Shown piece by piece: positions 37,542 to 46,544 of a DNA stretch of 64,000 bases; positions within the stretch are counted from its first letter, which is position 1, and each line of letters starts with the position of its first letter. Location: positions 4,095 to 68,094 of the forward strand of contig JAUSNP010000006.1 of the NCBI GenBank assembly GCA_030645735.1, given 5' to 3'. A program made the position numbers and the translations under genes. The notes under the pieces were generated by a model that made no database searches, was not told the DNA's origin, and worked only from the letters and a program-made list of their open reading frames with translations. This stretch comes from Candidatus Moraniibacteriota bacterium (GTDB lineage Bacteria; Patescibacteriota; Minisyncoccia; Moranbacterales; UBA2206).

Positions 37542-40500
37542 CTAGCTCTTCATCTTTTTCATTGAGTTTACAATCAGCTTGGCAATTGCGTCCTGCCGTT
37601 GCTTTTGCTGGGCGGCTTCTCCTGCCGTATAGTTCACTCTCACTTTATAACCCCGGATGGTTTTTTGCTGCTCCATTTTTGGGGTCTGTTTTGAGTCAAG
37701 AAACACAATCAGCTCTTCTGGCGAGAGATAACGGATTCTCTCATGAGTGCCAGCATCCAGCACCTCAACTGCCAGTTGACGGATTTTGTTCAGCTGAGAT
37801 TTTTCATGCGAAAGAACCAGTACAGTTTCATATCCGGCGGCCAAACATTTTTGGATATTTTCTAATTCATGAGCAGCCGAGGTGGTCACCGAAATCTCAC
37901 AGGCTAATTTTTCATTCTCTTTCCTAAGGGAAACATCCACGATTCCCGTGCCGCCCAAGACGGATAGCTCGACCTCGGCTTTGTATCCACGCTCTTCTGC
38001 CAAGCGTTTGATGAGCTGCTGAAGGTATCTGTGCTGAACCCCGCCCCGCCCAGAAGTAGGTTGATCAGGTATGGTTGATTTTCTTCGGGCATCATCTTTG
38101 GGTGATTCATTTCGAGGAGATTGTTCAACCGTATTAGGTTGAGCTTCAGACACTCGCTCGACTCTAGACTCTCCATTCTTCTCACCAGCCGGAGGTGGAT
38201 TTTCCGCTTCTAGCATTTCGATTACTTGGCTTTTGGGAGTCCCGTATTTCTCCCTGGATCGATTGACTATGGCCAGTCGAGCTTCGGCATTCTCATTTCT
38301 TTCCGGAAGCGGGAAAGTCCTTAGATTGAAATCGTATTCTGCTTGCTCAATGCGTCCTACGGCTTGGCCAATAGCCAAACTCTGAAGATCCTTGGCATCG
38401 AAAAAAGAAAAGCCACCCGCCAGTTTTACGGCGTCATGATCACCCATGCGAAAGCAGATGCGCGTGTACGGATTGGAAAGTACGGAGCTGGCCACATCGC
38501 GGTCTTTGGACTCTAATTGTCGCAACTCTTGATGAGCCAGAACGAGTCCTAGTCCATATTTTCTGGCTCCGGAGAGAATGCCTTCCATGGAAGGGGTAAT
38601 GAAATTTTGAAATTCATCGATGTACAAGAAAAAGGGCTGCCGCTTTTCTTGCGAAATTGCTTGGCGGCTCAATGCCAATTGATGAATCTTGGCCACGATG
38701 AGGGCACCCAGAAGATATGAGTTCTCTTCGCCGATACCGCCGTGAGAAAGTTTGGCCAAGAAAATCTTTTTCTCATTCATGACTTGGCCAAAGTCGATAC
38801 GGTTTTGTTTCTGTGAGACCATATACCGGATGAGCTTTGGACGTAGAAAGGTATCCAGGCGGGTCAGAACTGGCCCTTGAGGCTTGCCGGTGAGAAGCGG
38901 AAACTCTTTTTCCCAGTAGTAAACAATCTCCTGGTCACGCACGGTTTTTAAATATTTTCGCCGAAAATCCGGTTCAATCAAAAATCGCCGGAGGGTCATG
39001 AGAGTTCCGCCTTCATTACTTTCCAGCATGGCCAAAATTCCATTGGCCAACACTGAATTCATCTGGTCGCCCCAGCTGGTGGACAGTCGGCGAAAGACCC
39101 CGACCAGATCAGAGGCAAGAAGAGTTTTTTCCGTTTCCGAGTGCGCCCCGAAGATATTGAAACCAATCGGGTACTCTTCATCGGTTGGGTCAAACAACAC
39201 TACGTCATCAAGGCGCTGCGGCGGGATAAAGTCCATGATTTGGTCTATTAAATCGCCGTGGGGGTCAAGGACGGCAATTCCGTGGCCATTCTGAATATCT
39301 TGGATGATCAGATTAAGCAGCAGTGTGGATTTACCGGTGCCTGATGCGCCGACGACATACATGTGTCGCAATCTCTGCTCAGAACTGAGCGAGACATTCT
39401 TGATCCGGCCATGGTGGGCATTCTCTCCTAAAAGGAGCTGATGATTTTCTGACAGACCCGGAGCGGCCTTGGTCTTTTTGGCGTTGCGTAAAAACTTTGC
39501 GCTCCTGATCGACGAAGACGGGAAATGGACGAAGTTGATCAACTCATCCAGATTGAGAAGTATTCCGCTCCGGTTGGTCAATCGCCCTACCACATTCTGT
39601 GCATGAATCTCATCGGGATAATCTTTGTTGTGTAGCGGAATGAGGCTATTGCTGCCGGGAGAATTAAATTGAACCAGCGCCCCGCCGAGACTTTTAACGA
39701 TGGAGTTGGCTCTTTGCCGTGATGAACTTTTGGCACCGACTCGGACGACTGCCCCATAGAGAGGTTTCTCAATCTTACTTCTGACACTTTTTGCCAGTTC
39801 GGGGGCATCCGCCAGAAACGGTTTGCCGTTCCAGTCTAGGGCAGCAAATTGCAGACTATCCGCCCACGGACAGCGAGCCGGTAGGAAGATAACTTGAAAA
39901 ATACCGATGTCCGTTTCCTGGCACAGAGACAAGGCACCAATAATTCCAATCAACGGATCGACATCAAATCGGTCAGTACGTTCCAAGGGCAGCATGGATT
40001 CTTGATCCAAGCCGAAATCAACAACAACTGTCTGGTCATTGCGAGGATCTTCCCAGGGGACGGAGAAGAGCCCCTGCTCTTGGGTAATCACAGCCTCGGG
40101 CAGATACGCTTCCAGTTGCGTGAGGATTTCTGGGCGGTCGCGTTGGCGAACAGCCAACTGAACCCAAATTTGGTCGGCAGTGCCGATGAGCTCAAAACAG
40201 ATTGGAAAACGGGAATAACTCAGTGATTGTAGGAATTGATCGGCCAAACGTTTTTTGCATTCATAGGACGGCGGTAGGACAATTTGCAACTCGCAGATTT
40301 CACCTTCGGGAACATACAGGTCGGGCAGATCTTCCGACTCTTCTTCGTAATAGTTGGCGGTGGATTCTTCTGGATTTGGCGATACGGAATTTCGAAATGC
40401 GTCAGCTATCGAGCTAAGAAAGGTGGGCTTCCGCCCGTCATCTATGACTTGGGCTGGCGGAATATAGTGTCCACGAAATGGTTGGAACGGTGGTTCAGGG

Positions 40501-40622
40501 GAGACAGGATAAGGCCAAGTCAAATACCCTCGGGTCCGGTATTCCCAGTCATAGAAGTTTTTAGTGAGAAGCGCGGCCTGGCTTTGCGATGCCGAGCGAT
40601 AGGCTACCGGTGGATCGGCCAT
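37542..40622 (-). CDS. Large (1026 aa) protein with central HerA/DUF87-type P-loop ATPase and C-terminal restriction-endonuclease-like (Mrr-like) domain
   Basis: Walker A GASGTGKSTLLLNLI...VLDPHGD, Walker B FFLYIDEFQNF, ARKYGLGLVLAHQ; C-terminus GYKAEVELSVLGGTGIVDVSL...CEIS...VLVLSHEKS; N-terminal ~400 aa unknown. Confidence 0.5.
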   Translation of the reverse strand: MADPPVAYRSASQSQAALLTKNFYDWEYRTRGYLTWPYPVSPEPPFQPFRGHYIPPAQVIDDGRKPTFLSSIADAFRNSVSPNPEESTANYYEEESEDLPDLYVPEGEICELQIVLPPSYECKKRLADQFLQSLSYSRFPICFELIGTADQIWVQLAVRQRDRPEILTQLEAYLPEAVITQEQGLFSVPWEDPRNDQTVVVDFGLDQESMLPLERTDRFDVDPLIGIIGALSLCQETDIGIFQVIFLPARCPWADSLQFAALDWNGKPFLADAPELAKSVRSKIEKPLYGAVVRVGAKSSSRQRANSIVKSLGGALVQFNSPGSNSLIPLHNKDYPDEIHAQNVVGRLTNRSGILLNLDELINFVHFPSSSIRSAKFLRNAKKTKAAPGLSENHQLLLGENAHHGRIKNVSLSSEQRLRHMYVVGASGTGKSTLLLNLIIQDIQNGHGIAVLDPHGDLIDQIMDFIPPQRLDDVVLFDPTDEEYPIGFNIFGAHSETEKTLLASDLVGVFRRLSTSWGDQMNSVLANGILAMLESNEGGTLMTLRRFLIEPDFRRKYLKTVRDQEIVYYWEKEFPLLTGKPQGPVLTRLDTFLRPKLIRYMVSQKQNRIDFGQVMNEKKIFLAKLSHGGIGEENSYLLGALIVAKIHQLALSRQAISQEKRQPFFLYIDEFQNFITPSMEGILSGARKYGLGLVLAHQELRQLESKDRDVASSVLSNPYTRICFRMGDHDAVKLAGGFSFFDAKDLQSLAIGQAVGRIEQAEYDFNLRTFPLPERNENAEARLAIVNRSREKYGTPKSQVIEMLEAENPPPAGEKNGESRVERVSEAQPNTVEQSPRNESPKDDARRKSTIPDQPTSGRGGVQHRYLQQLIKRLAEERGYKAEVELSVLGGTGIVDVSLRKENEKLACEISVTTSAAHELENIQKCLAAGYETVLVLSHEKSQLNKIRQLAVEVLDAGTHERIRYLSPEELIVFLDSKQTPKMEQQKTIRGYKVRVNYTAGEAAQQKQRQDAIAKLIVNSMKKMKS

Positions 40623-40635
40623 GCTTCACCGACAG

Positions 40636-41172
40636 TTATAGGTTGAAGAAATTACGCATCACTGGCTTCCGATCAGTTTCTGAGAGGACTTTGAGTCCAT
40701 TGGTCTTGGTCATGCCATCCACCACTTCCAACACGGCGCTATGAACCAGGGACTGATACATGCTGGCGGTATCAACGGTGTAATACGTGGTGGTACGGAA
40801 CCATTTTTCCATCAAAGATCCAAGAATCGGAATCCACAGTATGAGTGACCAGAAAAACGAAGGCATTTCTCCCAGCCACCAGGAAATGAAGAAGCCATTG
40901 CCAAAAGGAGCGCCACAAATATCAAAGGTCAGTCTCTTTCTGCGAACACGTAGATATTCCCGTTTTGCAGAAAAGATGCCCCCTTCCTTCCAATCTACAC
41001 GGGAAAACTTGGCCTCGGGGATTAGTTTTGTTTTTAGAGCATTTTGCACATCGTCATAAAATTCTTTCGGCGAAGCAGTCAGGCCTTCGACAAAAGTGCT
41101 CCAGTGGGAAATTACCATGGGGGCTTTGGGCATGGATATTCTCCTTAGCAGAATTTGAAGCCAAAAACGCAC
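40636..41172 (-). CDS. Small membrane protein
   Basis: 178 aa with hydrophobic helices FFISWWLGEMPSFFWSLILWIPILGSL. Confidence 0.4.
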   Translation of the reverse strand: MRFWLQILLRRISMPKAPMVISHWSTFVEGLTASPKEFYDDVQNALKTKLIPEAKFSRVDWKEGGIFSAKREYLRVRRKRLTFDICGAPFGNGFFISWWLGEMPSFFWSLILWIPILGSLMEKWFRTTTYYTVDTASMYQSLVHSAVLEVVDGMTKTNGLKVLSETDRKPVMRNFFNL

Positions 41173-41232
41173 AAAATAGAGTTGGATAGTTACCGATTAC
41201 CAGCGACATTTCAATGACAAAAAGCTGAGACA

Positions 41233-42408
41233 CTAATTTTCTTGGCTACCACAAGGTGATATTGTTACGGCGCTGAATGGGAGGGATGGTTTGCCGTCGA
41301 TCATTAACTTCAGGTAGATATGATAATTAGGTAGGCGCATGAGGTCATGAGAGGTAAATATTCCCTGAAATTCTTTTTCAAGGAAGGTGGCATCTCTGCC
41401 ACCCAAGCGAAAGCAGATGAGTGTTCCGGCGTTTCCAATTACGGCATTCCGGATTTTGACATCCAGCTGGTCAAGGTATTGGTGCGCGAGAATGAGGCCA
41501 ACGTGATACTTTCTGAGTTCTGAAGCCATGTTGACGAGAGAAAGCGTAGTAAACGATTGGAACTCATCGGCATAGAGAGCAAAGTCCCGCCTCTCCTGTT
41601 CAGGGCTATCCGCACGGCTGAAGGCGGCCAGTCCAACCGAAGTCATGAGGAGTCCACCAAGAAGCAAGGAAGCATCTTCACCTAATTTACCCTTGGCCAA
41701 GTTGACCAGCAGAACTTGGCCGTTATCCATAATCCGACGCAAGCTGAGGGCTTGTTTCGGTTCAGTGAGGACTTGCTTGAGAACCGGATTGGCCAGAAAA
41801 GCCCCAATCTTATTTTGAATTGGCGCAATAGCGTCAGCGCGCATCCGGTAAGAATACTTTTCGTACTCTTGGAGCCAGAAAGATTTTACCAGCTCATTCT
41901 CAACCCACTTCAGGGCTTTGTGCCGGTAAGTGGGACTATTGAACAGTTGAAGAATATCGGCGAGAGTGGCATGAGGTTGATCAAGGAGGGTCAGGAGACA
42001 ATTTCGAAAGATGTGTTCCATTCGCACTCCCCAAGCATCACCCCATTGTTTTTTGAAGACCTCAAGGATGCCTGAGGCTAATAATGGGCGGCGCTTGGGT
42101 GAAACATGGCGAATAGGATTGTATCCAATTCCCAGGGTGTTTTCCGCGACATCCCAATAGATCACGCTTGGGTTATTTTTAACTGCCGCATAGATTTTTT
42201 GCGATGAGTCACCGTGAGGGTCGAAAAAAACCAGACCTCTTTGGCTAGAGATGTCTTGAAGGATGAGGTTTTCGAGGAGAGTGGACTTTCCCGTGCCGGT
42301 TTTGCCGATTATGTAAATATGGGATAATCTATCTTTGCTTTTGATGTAGAATTGGAGCTCAGATCCTCGAAAATTGGTTATTCCGATGAGGTATGTTTGT
42401 TTTTTCAT
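41233..42408 (-). CDS. HerA/DUF87-type P-loop ATPase (FtsK/HerA/TraD superfamily)
   Basis: GKTGTGKSTLLENLI...FFDPHGD, Walker B FALYADEFQSF, LRKYHVGLILAHQ. Confidence 0.55.
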   Translation of the reverse strand: MKKQTYLIGITNFRGSELQFYIKSKDRLSHIYIIGKTGTGKSTLLENLILQDISSQRGLVFFDPHGDSSQKIYAAVKNNPSVIYWDVAENTLGIGYNPIRHVSPKRRPLLASGILEVFKKQWGDAWGVRMEHIFRNCLLTLLDQPHATLADILQLFNSPTYRHKALKWVENELVKSFWLQEYEKYSYRMRADAIAPIQNKIGAFLANPVLKQVLTEPKQALSLRRIMDNGQVLLVNLAKGKLGEDASLLLGGLLMTSVGLAAFSRADSPEQERRDFALYADEFQSFTTLSLVNMASELRKYHVGLILAHQYLDQLDVKIRNAVIGNAGTLICFRLGGRDATFLEKEFQGIFTSHDLMRLPNYHIYLKLMIDGKPSLPFSAVTISPCGSQEN

Positions 42409-42889
42409 GCCATTTAATGATAGGAGGACTAGCGTAAGCGTTAAAGGCTGTGAGTTTTGAATGCAAACCTAATTTTTATTGGGTAATATACAAAAAGAGT
42501 GCGAGTGGCGATTTAACAATCCAAAACCTGATGAGCAATTAAAGCTCTTAAAACAGCTAGTTAAAAAATATGGGCTAGTTATCTAGGACAGTCCCAAGAA
42601 CATTATTCAATAAAAGCTGAGTTATTGAGAAAGTCGCGATTTACTAAGCATTCCCATATTGTGTTAACTAGCCGATATTACGGGGCATAACTCTAGCGTC
42701 AAACTTTGCGCAAATATTTGCCGAACTGTGAAGTTCTTAATAAGTATCGAATACTGAATGCGCCACCAGAGGACATTACGTAAATATTATCGTCATCGTC
42801 CACAACGTTACGCATACACACAGTCGTCAATAGAGTGACGGAAACTTGCCGATGGAAACATATTACAAACCTATACCAAAATTATCCTA

Positions 42890-43843
42890 ATGAAATCTCA
42901 AGCGGAACAACTATTAAGTACATCTGTTAAGACTTCAGATGGCCCAGGAATAAGCATTACAACTGCGGCAATCCTGTCAATTGTAATGCCTATTCTTATG
43001 CTTACCATCAGTTTACACATAAAAGACACGAAAAGATTTATTTCATACTCAACAAGCTTCAGCAAAAACGACAACACCAATATTACCATAAAGAACGAGT
43101 CTAAATATTTTATTGATAAAATCGTACTCTCAATTGATTCTAATGGGATTTATCCTGTATCAATAGAAGACTCTAATGGCATAAATTTGATGGCAAAAGC
43201 CACATTGATTGGGAATGTCCCAGATCATGGCAGTGTCAATTCTACAAACAATTTCGCACTCAAAATTGAAAATTTAGCCGGTCATGCTATAATTTCAGTA
43301 GGATTAATTTTTCCAGAAAAGCATGTTAAAATCACTCCCGTAAATTCATTTCCAGAAAACATCCATATTGTAGAAAATACAAATAACACATACTTATATA
43401 ATTGGTATTACTGGTTACCTTACTCAATCATACTGTTGATCTTTGTATATCGTGTTGAGAAATATAGAAAAATAAGAAGAAATGCTATAATATTAGACAA
43501 ATGTATATATTTGATAAACAGAGAATTCCACAACAACACGGAAGATTTTCTAAAGTATACATACGATGATTTATGTAAAAGAATAAAACATATCAACAGT
43601 GCAATCGCATCTGCCCCAAATGAGCTAATTGATTTCAATGATTTTGGATTAAAGAATAGATATATTGTTGGAGACGAAAAAGAATACATTATATTCGCTC
43701 CAAAAACATTAATGGGTCTTCCAACCTTCAGATATCGTTTTGGAAACAGAGAAAGAGTGCTATTATACATAGAGTTCACAAAAAACAATGACCGCCACGA
43801 AATATGCAAGATGGAATATCATCCAATTAACGATTTTTTCTAA
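42890..43843 (+). CDS. Hypothetical membrane protein (very AT-rich)
   Basis: 317 aa ORF with TM segments. Confidence 0.35.
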   Translation: MKSQAEQLLSTSVKTSDGPGISITTAAILSIVMPILMLTISLHIKDTKRFISYSTSFSKNDNTNITIKNESKYFIDKIVLSIDSNGIYPVSIEDSNGINLMAKATLIGNVPDHGSVNSTNNFALKIENLAGHAIISVGLIFPEKHVKITPVNSFPENIHIVENTNNTYLYNWYYWLPYSIILLIFVYRVEKYRKIRRNAIILDKCIYLINREFHNNTEDFLKYTYDDLCKRIKHINSAIASAPNELIDFNDFGLKNRYIVGDEKEYIIFAPKTLMGLPTFRYRFGNRERVLLYIEFTKNNDRHEICKMEYHPINDFF

Positions 43844-43852
43844 TAACTAAAG

Positions 43853-44500
43853 ATGAAATACCAAAAAAGAAAAATTAAGAATATCGGCTTATTTAATCGT
43901 ATAGGGATTAAAGGGAATAAACTTCCGTCTGAAAAGCTGCAACAAATCTATCAATTGTTGCTAAGCAAGGGCTTTAGAGAAACAAGATGGCAGTTTATTT
44001 ACGAGGGACAACTGGCGGGACTGGTAAAACCCTACTCATGTGGAAAAAACGAAATCCATGTTAGGTTTTACGATGACAGAATATTCGCTGAGTTTGAAAT
44101 TGGAAGAGCATATATACAACATTTTCTTGGCCCACGCCTCAATGCAAATGGTTATTTATTCTCTTTGCTAGTGAACCATTTTAGCGAATTGAATGACATC
44201 AAGTGGTTGGAAGAGTTATTTTCCACGGAAAACCAGACTATTGATGAATTGTCTATGCGAATTTGGGACGTCAACAAAACTGAAGACCCTTTTTTATACA
44301 AGAGACAACAAGAAAATATACTACGCGCTAGTACTCTGTTTGTATTATCAAATTTTTTTATTGGTTGGAAATGGGCTTACAGCATCATTGTCATTGGAAT
44401 ATCAATATATGTATTCAAGTTTTCAATAGAGTATCTTGTCTTACTTCCCTTGATGGCTATTCTATTAACTCCTTTTCTGCCACACAAAGGTAAGCCATGA
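43853..44500 (+). CDS. Hypothetical protein with C-terminal TM
   Basis: 215 aa ORF. Confidence 0.35.
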   Translation: MKYQKRKIKNIGLFNRIGIKGNKLPSEKLQQIYQLLLSKGFRETRWQFIYEGQLAGLVKPYSCGKNEIHVRFYDDRIFAEFEIGRAYIQHFLGPRLNANGYLFSLLVNHFSELNDIKWLEELFSTENQTIDELSMRIWDVNKTEDPFLYKRQQENILRASTLFVLSNFFIGWKWAYSIIVIGISIYVFKFSIEYLVLLPLMAILLTPFLPHKGKP

Positions 44501-44530
44501 AACACAATATAAATATAGACAATAACTCAA

Positions 44531-45184
44531 ATGGACTATAAGTCGATTGAATCTTTTTTTAACTTTGACACCATATATGTATTATTAAATCTCCCGCCCC
44601 TTCAGTTTTATTGCGTACTATTCGCCCTTATGTTTTTTAATTCGTTAGTTATGGTTCCACCTAGTGAATATATATGTATTGCCGCCGGAATACTCTTGTC
44701 AACCAAAGGCGATTACAACCTAAACTTAATCATTATAATTGCAACTTTATCAAATTTGCTTGGGACTTTACCGTGGTATTTTCTAGGTAAACGCCATAAA
44801 ACACGCAACAAATCGCTAACTAAAAAAACATTTTCGAAATGGCTTATCATAAATAAAATTATAAATATTTACACAAAAGATTTACAGCACATTGAGAGAT
44901 TATATGAAACCAACGGTTTTTTGCTAGTCTCCATCCTTAGAAATGTCCCAGTCATTAGATCAATTTGCTCATATCCTGCCGGCAGGATTGGTATGGATTT
45001 TACTAGATTTGTCACTTATTCTTTTGTAGGTATTTTGGCATGGGTAACCATTTGGTCTTGTGCTGGTAAATTTATAGGATACACAATCATCAATTACAAT
45101 ATGTATATTTCGTTATCATTTGGTGTAATATCATTTTTAATTTTAAAATTAACGATCAATCTATTAAGGAATAAAGCAATTTAA
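44531..45184 (+). CDS. DedA/VTT-domain family membrane protein
   Basis: LVMVPPSEYICIAAGILL...NVPVIRSICSYPAGRIGMDFTRF pattern of DedA family. Confidence 0.5.
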   Translation: MDYKSIESFFNFDTIYVLLNLPPLQFYCVLFALMFFNSLVMVPPSEYICIAAGILLSTKGDYNLNLIIIIATLSNLLGTLPWYFLGKRHKTRNKSLTKKTFSKWLIINKIINIYTKDLQHIERLYETNGFLLVSILRNVPVIRSICSYPAGRIGMDFTRFVTYSFVGILAWVTIWSCAGKFIGYTIINYNMYISLSFGVISFLILKLTINLLRNKAI

Positions 45185-45239
45185 AAGTCTACAAAACCAC
45201 CGTGATTTAAAACAGTTAATGAAATATTGAAGAAGAATC

Positions 45240-45345
45240 GTCTTTCAAGAGAATTGAATAAATTTGTTTAGCTTCTTTGGCGGTGCATTTTCTCTTTCGG
45301 TAAAGAATTGCCCCTTTCTTTCGATTTGTTGTTCGACAAGGGCAC
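45240..45345. repeat. ~106-bp direct repeat copy A
   Basis: ~90% identical to 52913-53019 (gtctttcaagagaattgaataaatttgtttagcttctttggcggtgcattttc...gttgttcgacaagggcac). Confidence 0.7.
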
Positions 45346-45741
45346 CTGTCAAGGTGGTGTATATTGTGCAGCTAGCAACCCCCAAACAAACGCCTAGTTA
45401 AGACGTTCGTTCGTTTGTTTTAGATGCCCCATAAATACATACCTTAGACATACAATTCCCTCAAGCCTCTCAGGCTTCCATCGACTATCTAAATTCCCTA
45501 TACTTCATTCCTATATTTAGTGTAAAATCAATCTATTGTTTCTCGCATCGGCTTACCGAACTGGTCGAAGTAAGCCATCTAAAATCTAACTTTGCCGTCA
45601 TCGATAGATCCCTTGCGTGCTTTGTTCATAAGATTTCATTTGAAAAGCTAGTGATGCGAACGAATATCGATAGACATGGCAACATTGACTTTATTGCTCA
45701 AAAAGCTATGCTTAAGTGATTAATAGAATAATTAAATAGTT

Positions 45742-46440
45742 ATGCAAAAAAAAGTTTTGAATGCAGTTATTTTCTCAGCAGTTGTCCTGTCTGCCAGTGT
45801 TGGTTTTTTTATATTGATAAACATAAAAGGTCCACAAGATCCAAATATAAATCATAAACAAGAACAAACAGAACATGTACAGGAAAGACCTGAGGATATT
45901 TTTGTTCGCAATGTTGATATTTCAAGATGGACGACATACAAAAACGAAGAACAAGGAATTGAGTTTAAGTATCCCGAGAAATTGTTTGATTTAAAAATAG
46001 ATGGTGATGATCATTCTGGTTCTATGGAGTTGGTTAATATAAATAATTCTAGAATTTGGCTTACTCAAAAAGGATTTTCAGTAAATGACACTGAACATAG
46101 GATTATTATAAATATCAACTCCCTTAAAACTATCAAAGAATATTATGTGGAAAAAGATGGCAAATGCAACTCCGTATCGGTATCAAATATTAAAGGAAAG
46201 ATATGTGGATACGAAAGCGGTTCTAAATACGAGGAAGATATTTTTAAAGATTCTATGAATCGTTATTTATCACTAATCAATGACGGTGTGTGTAATGGAC
46301 AATTTACAGTTTTTACAAATGAAATAAGAATAAAAAATGCTGGTGATTTTACTAGTAGTATCAATGTCGGTTGTAACGATGATTTTGTAATGGAAAAAAT
46401 TTATCAGGCTATATATAAATCTATCCATTTTTCTAAATAG
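45742..46440 (+). CDS. Secreted hypothetical protein
   Basis: N-terminal signal/TM; 232 aa. Confidence 0.4.
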   Translation: MQKKVLNAVIFSAVVLSASVGFFILINIKGPQDPNINHKQEQTEHVQERPEDIFVRNVDISRWTTYKNEEQGIEFKYPEKLFDLKIDGDDHSGSMELVNINNSRIWLTQKGFSVNDTEHRIIININSLKTIKEYYVEKDGKCNSVSVSNIKGKICGYESGSKYEEDIFKDSMNRYLSLINDGVCNGQFTVFTNEIRIKNAGDFTSSINVGCNDDFVMEKIYQAIYKSIHFSK

Positions 46441-46544
46441 AACCTTATTTAGTTAACTAGTTTATATTTAATAATAATACATTTGCAGATTCACAAAACT
46501 GTGAGTCTATTTTTGAGGTTCTCTGACAAGAGGAGGATTTAATT

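Noticed and set aside
37463-37927. Plus ORF 37463..37927 and other antisense ORFs within the 1026-aa ATPase gene
   Set aside because: Embedded in a long ORF with clear Walker motifs; low-complexity translations
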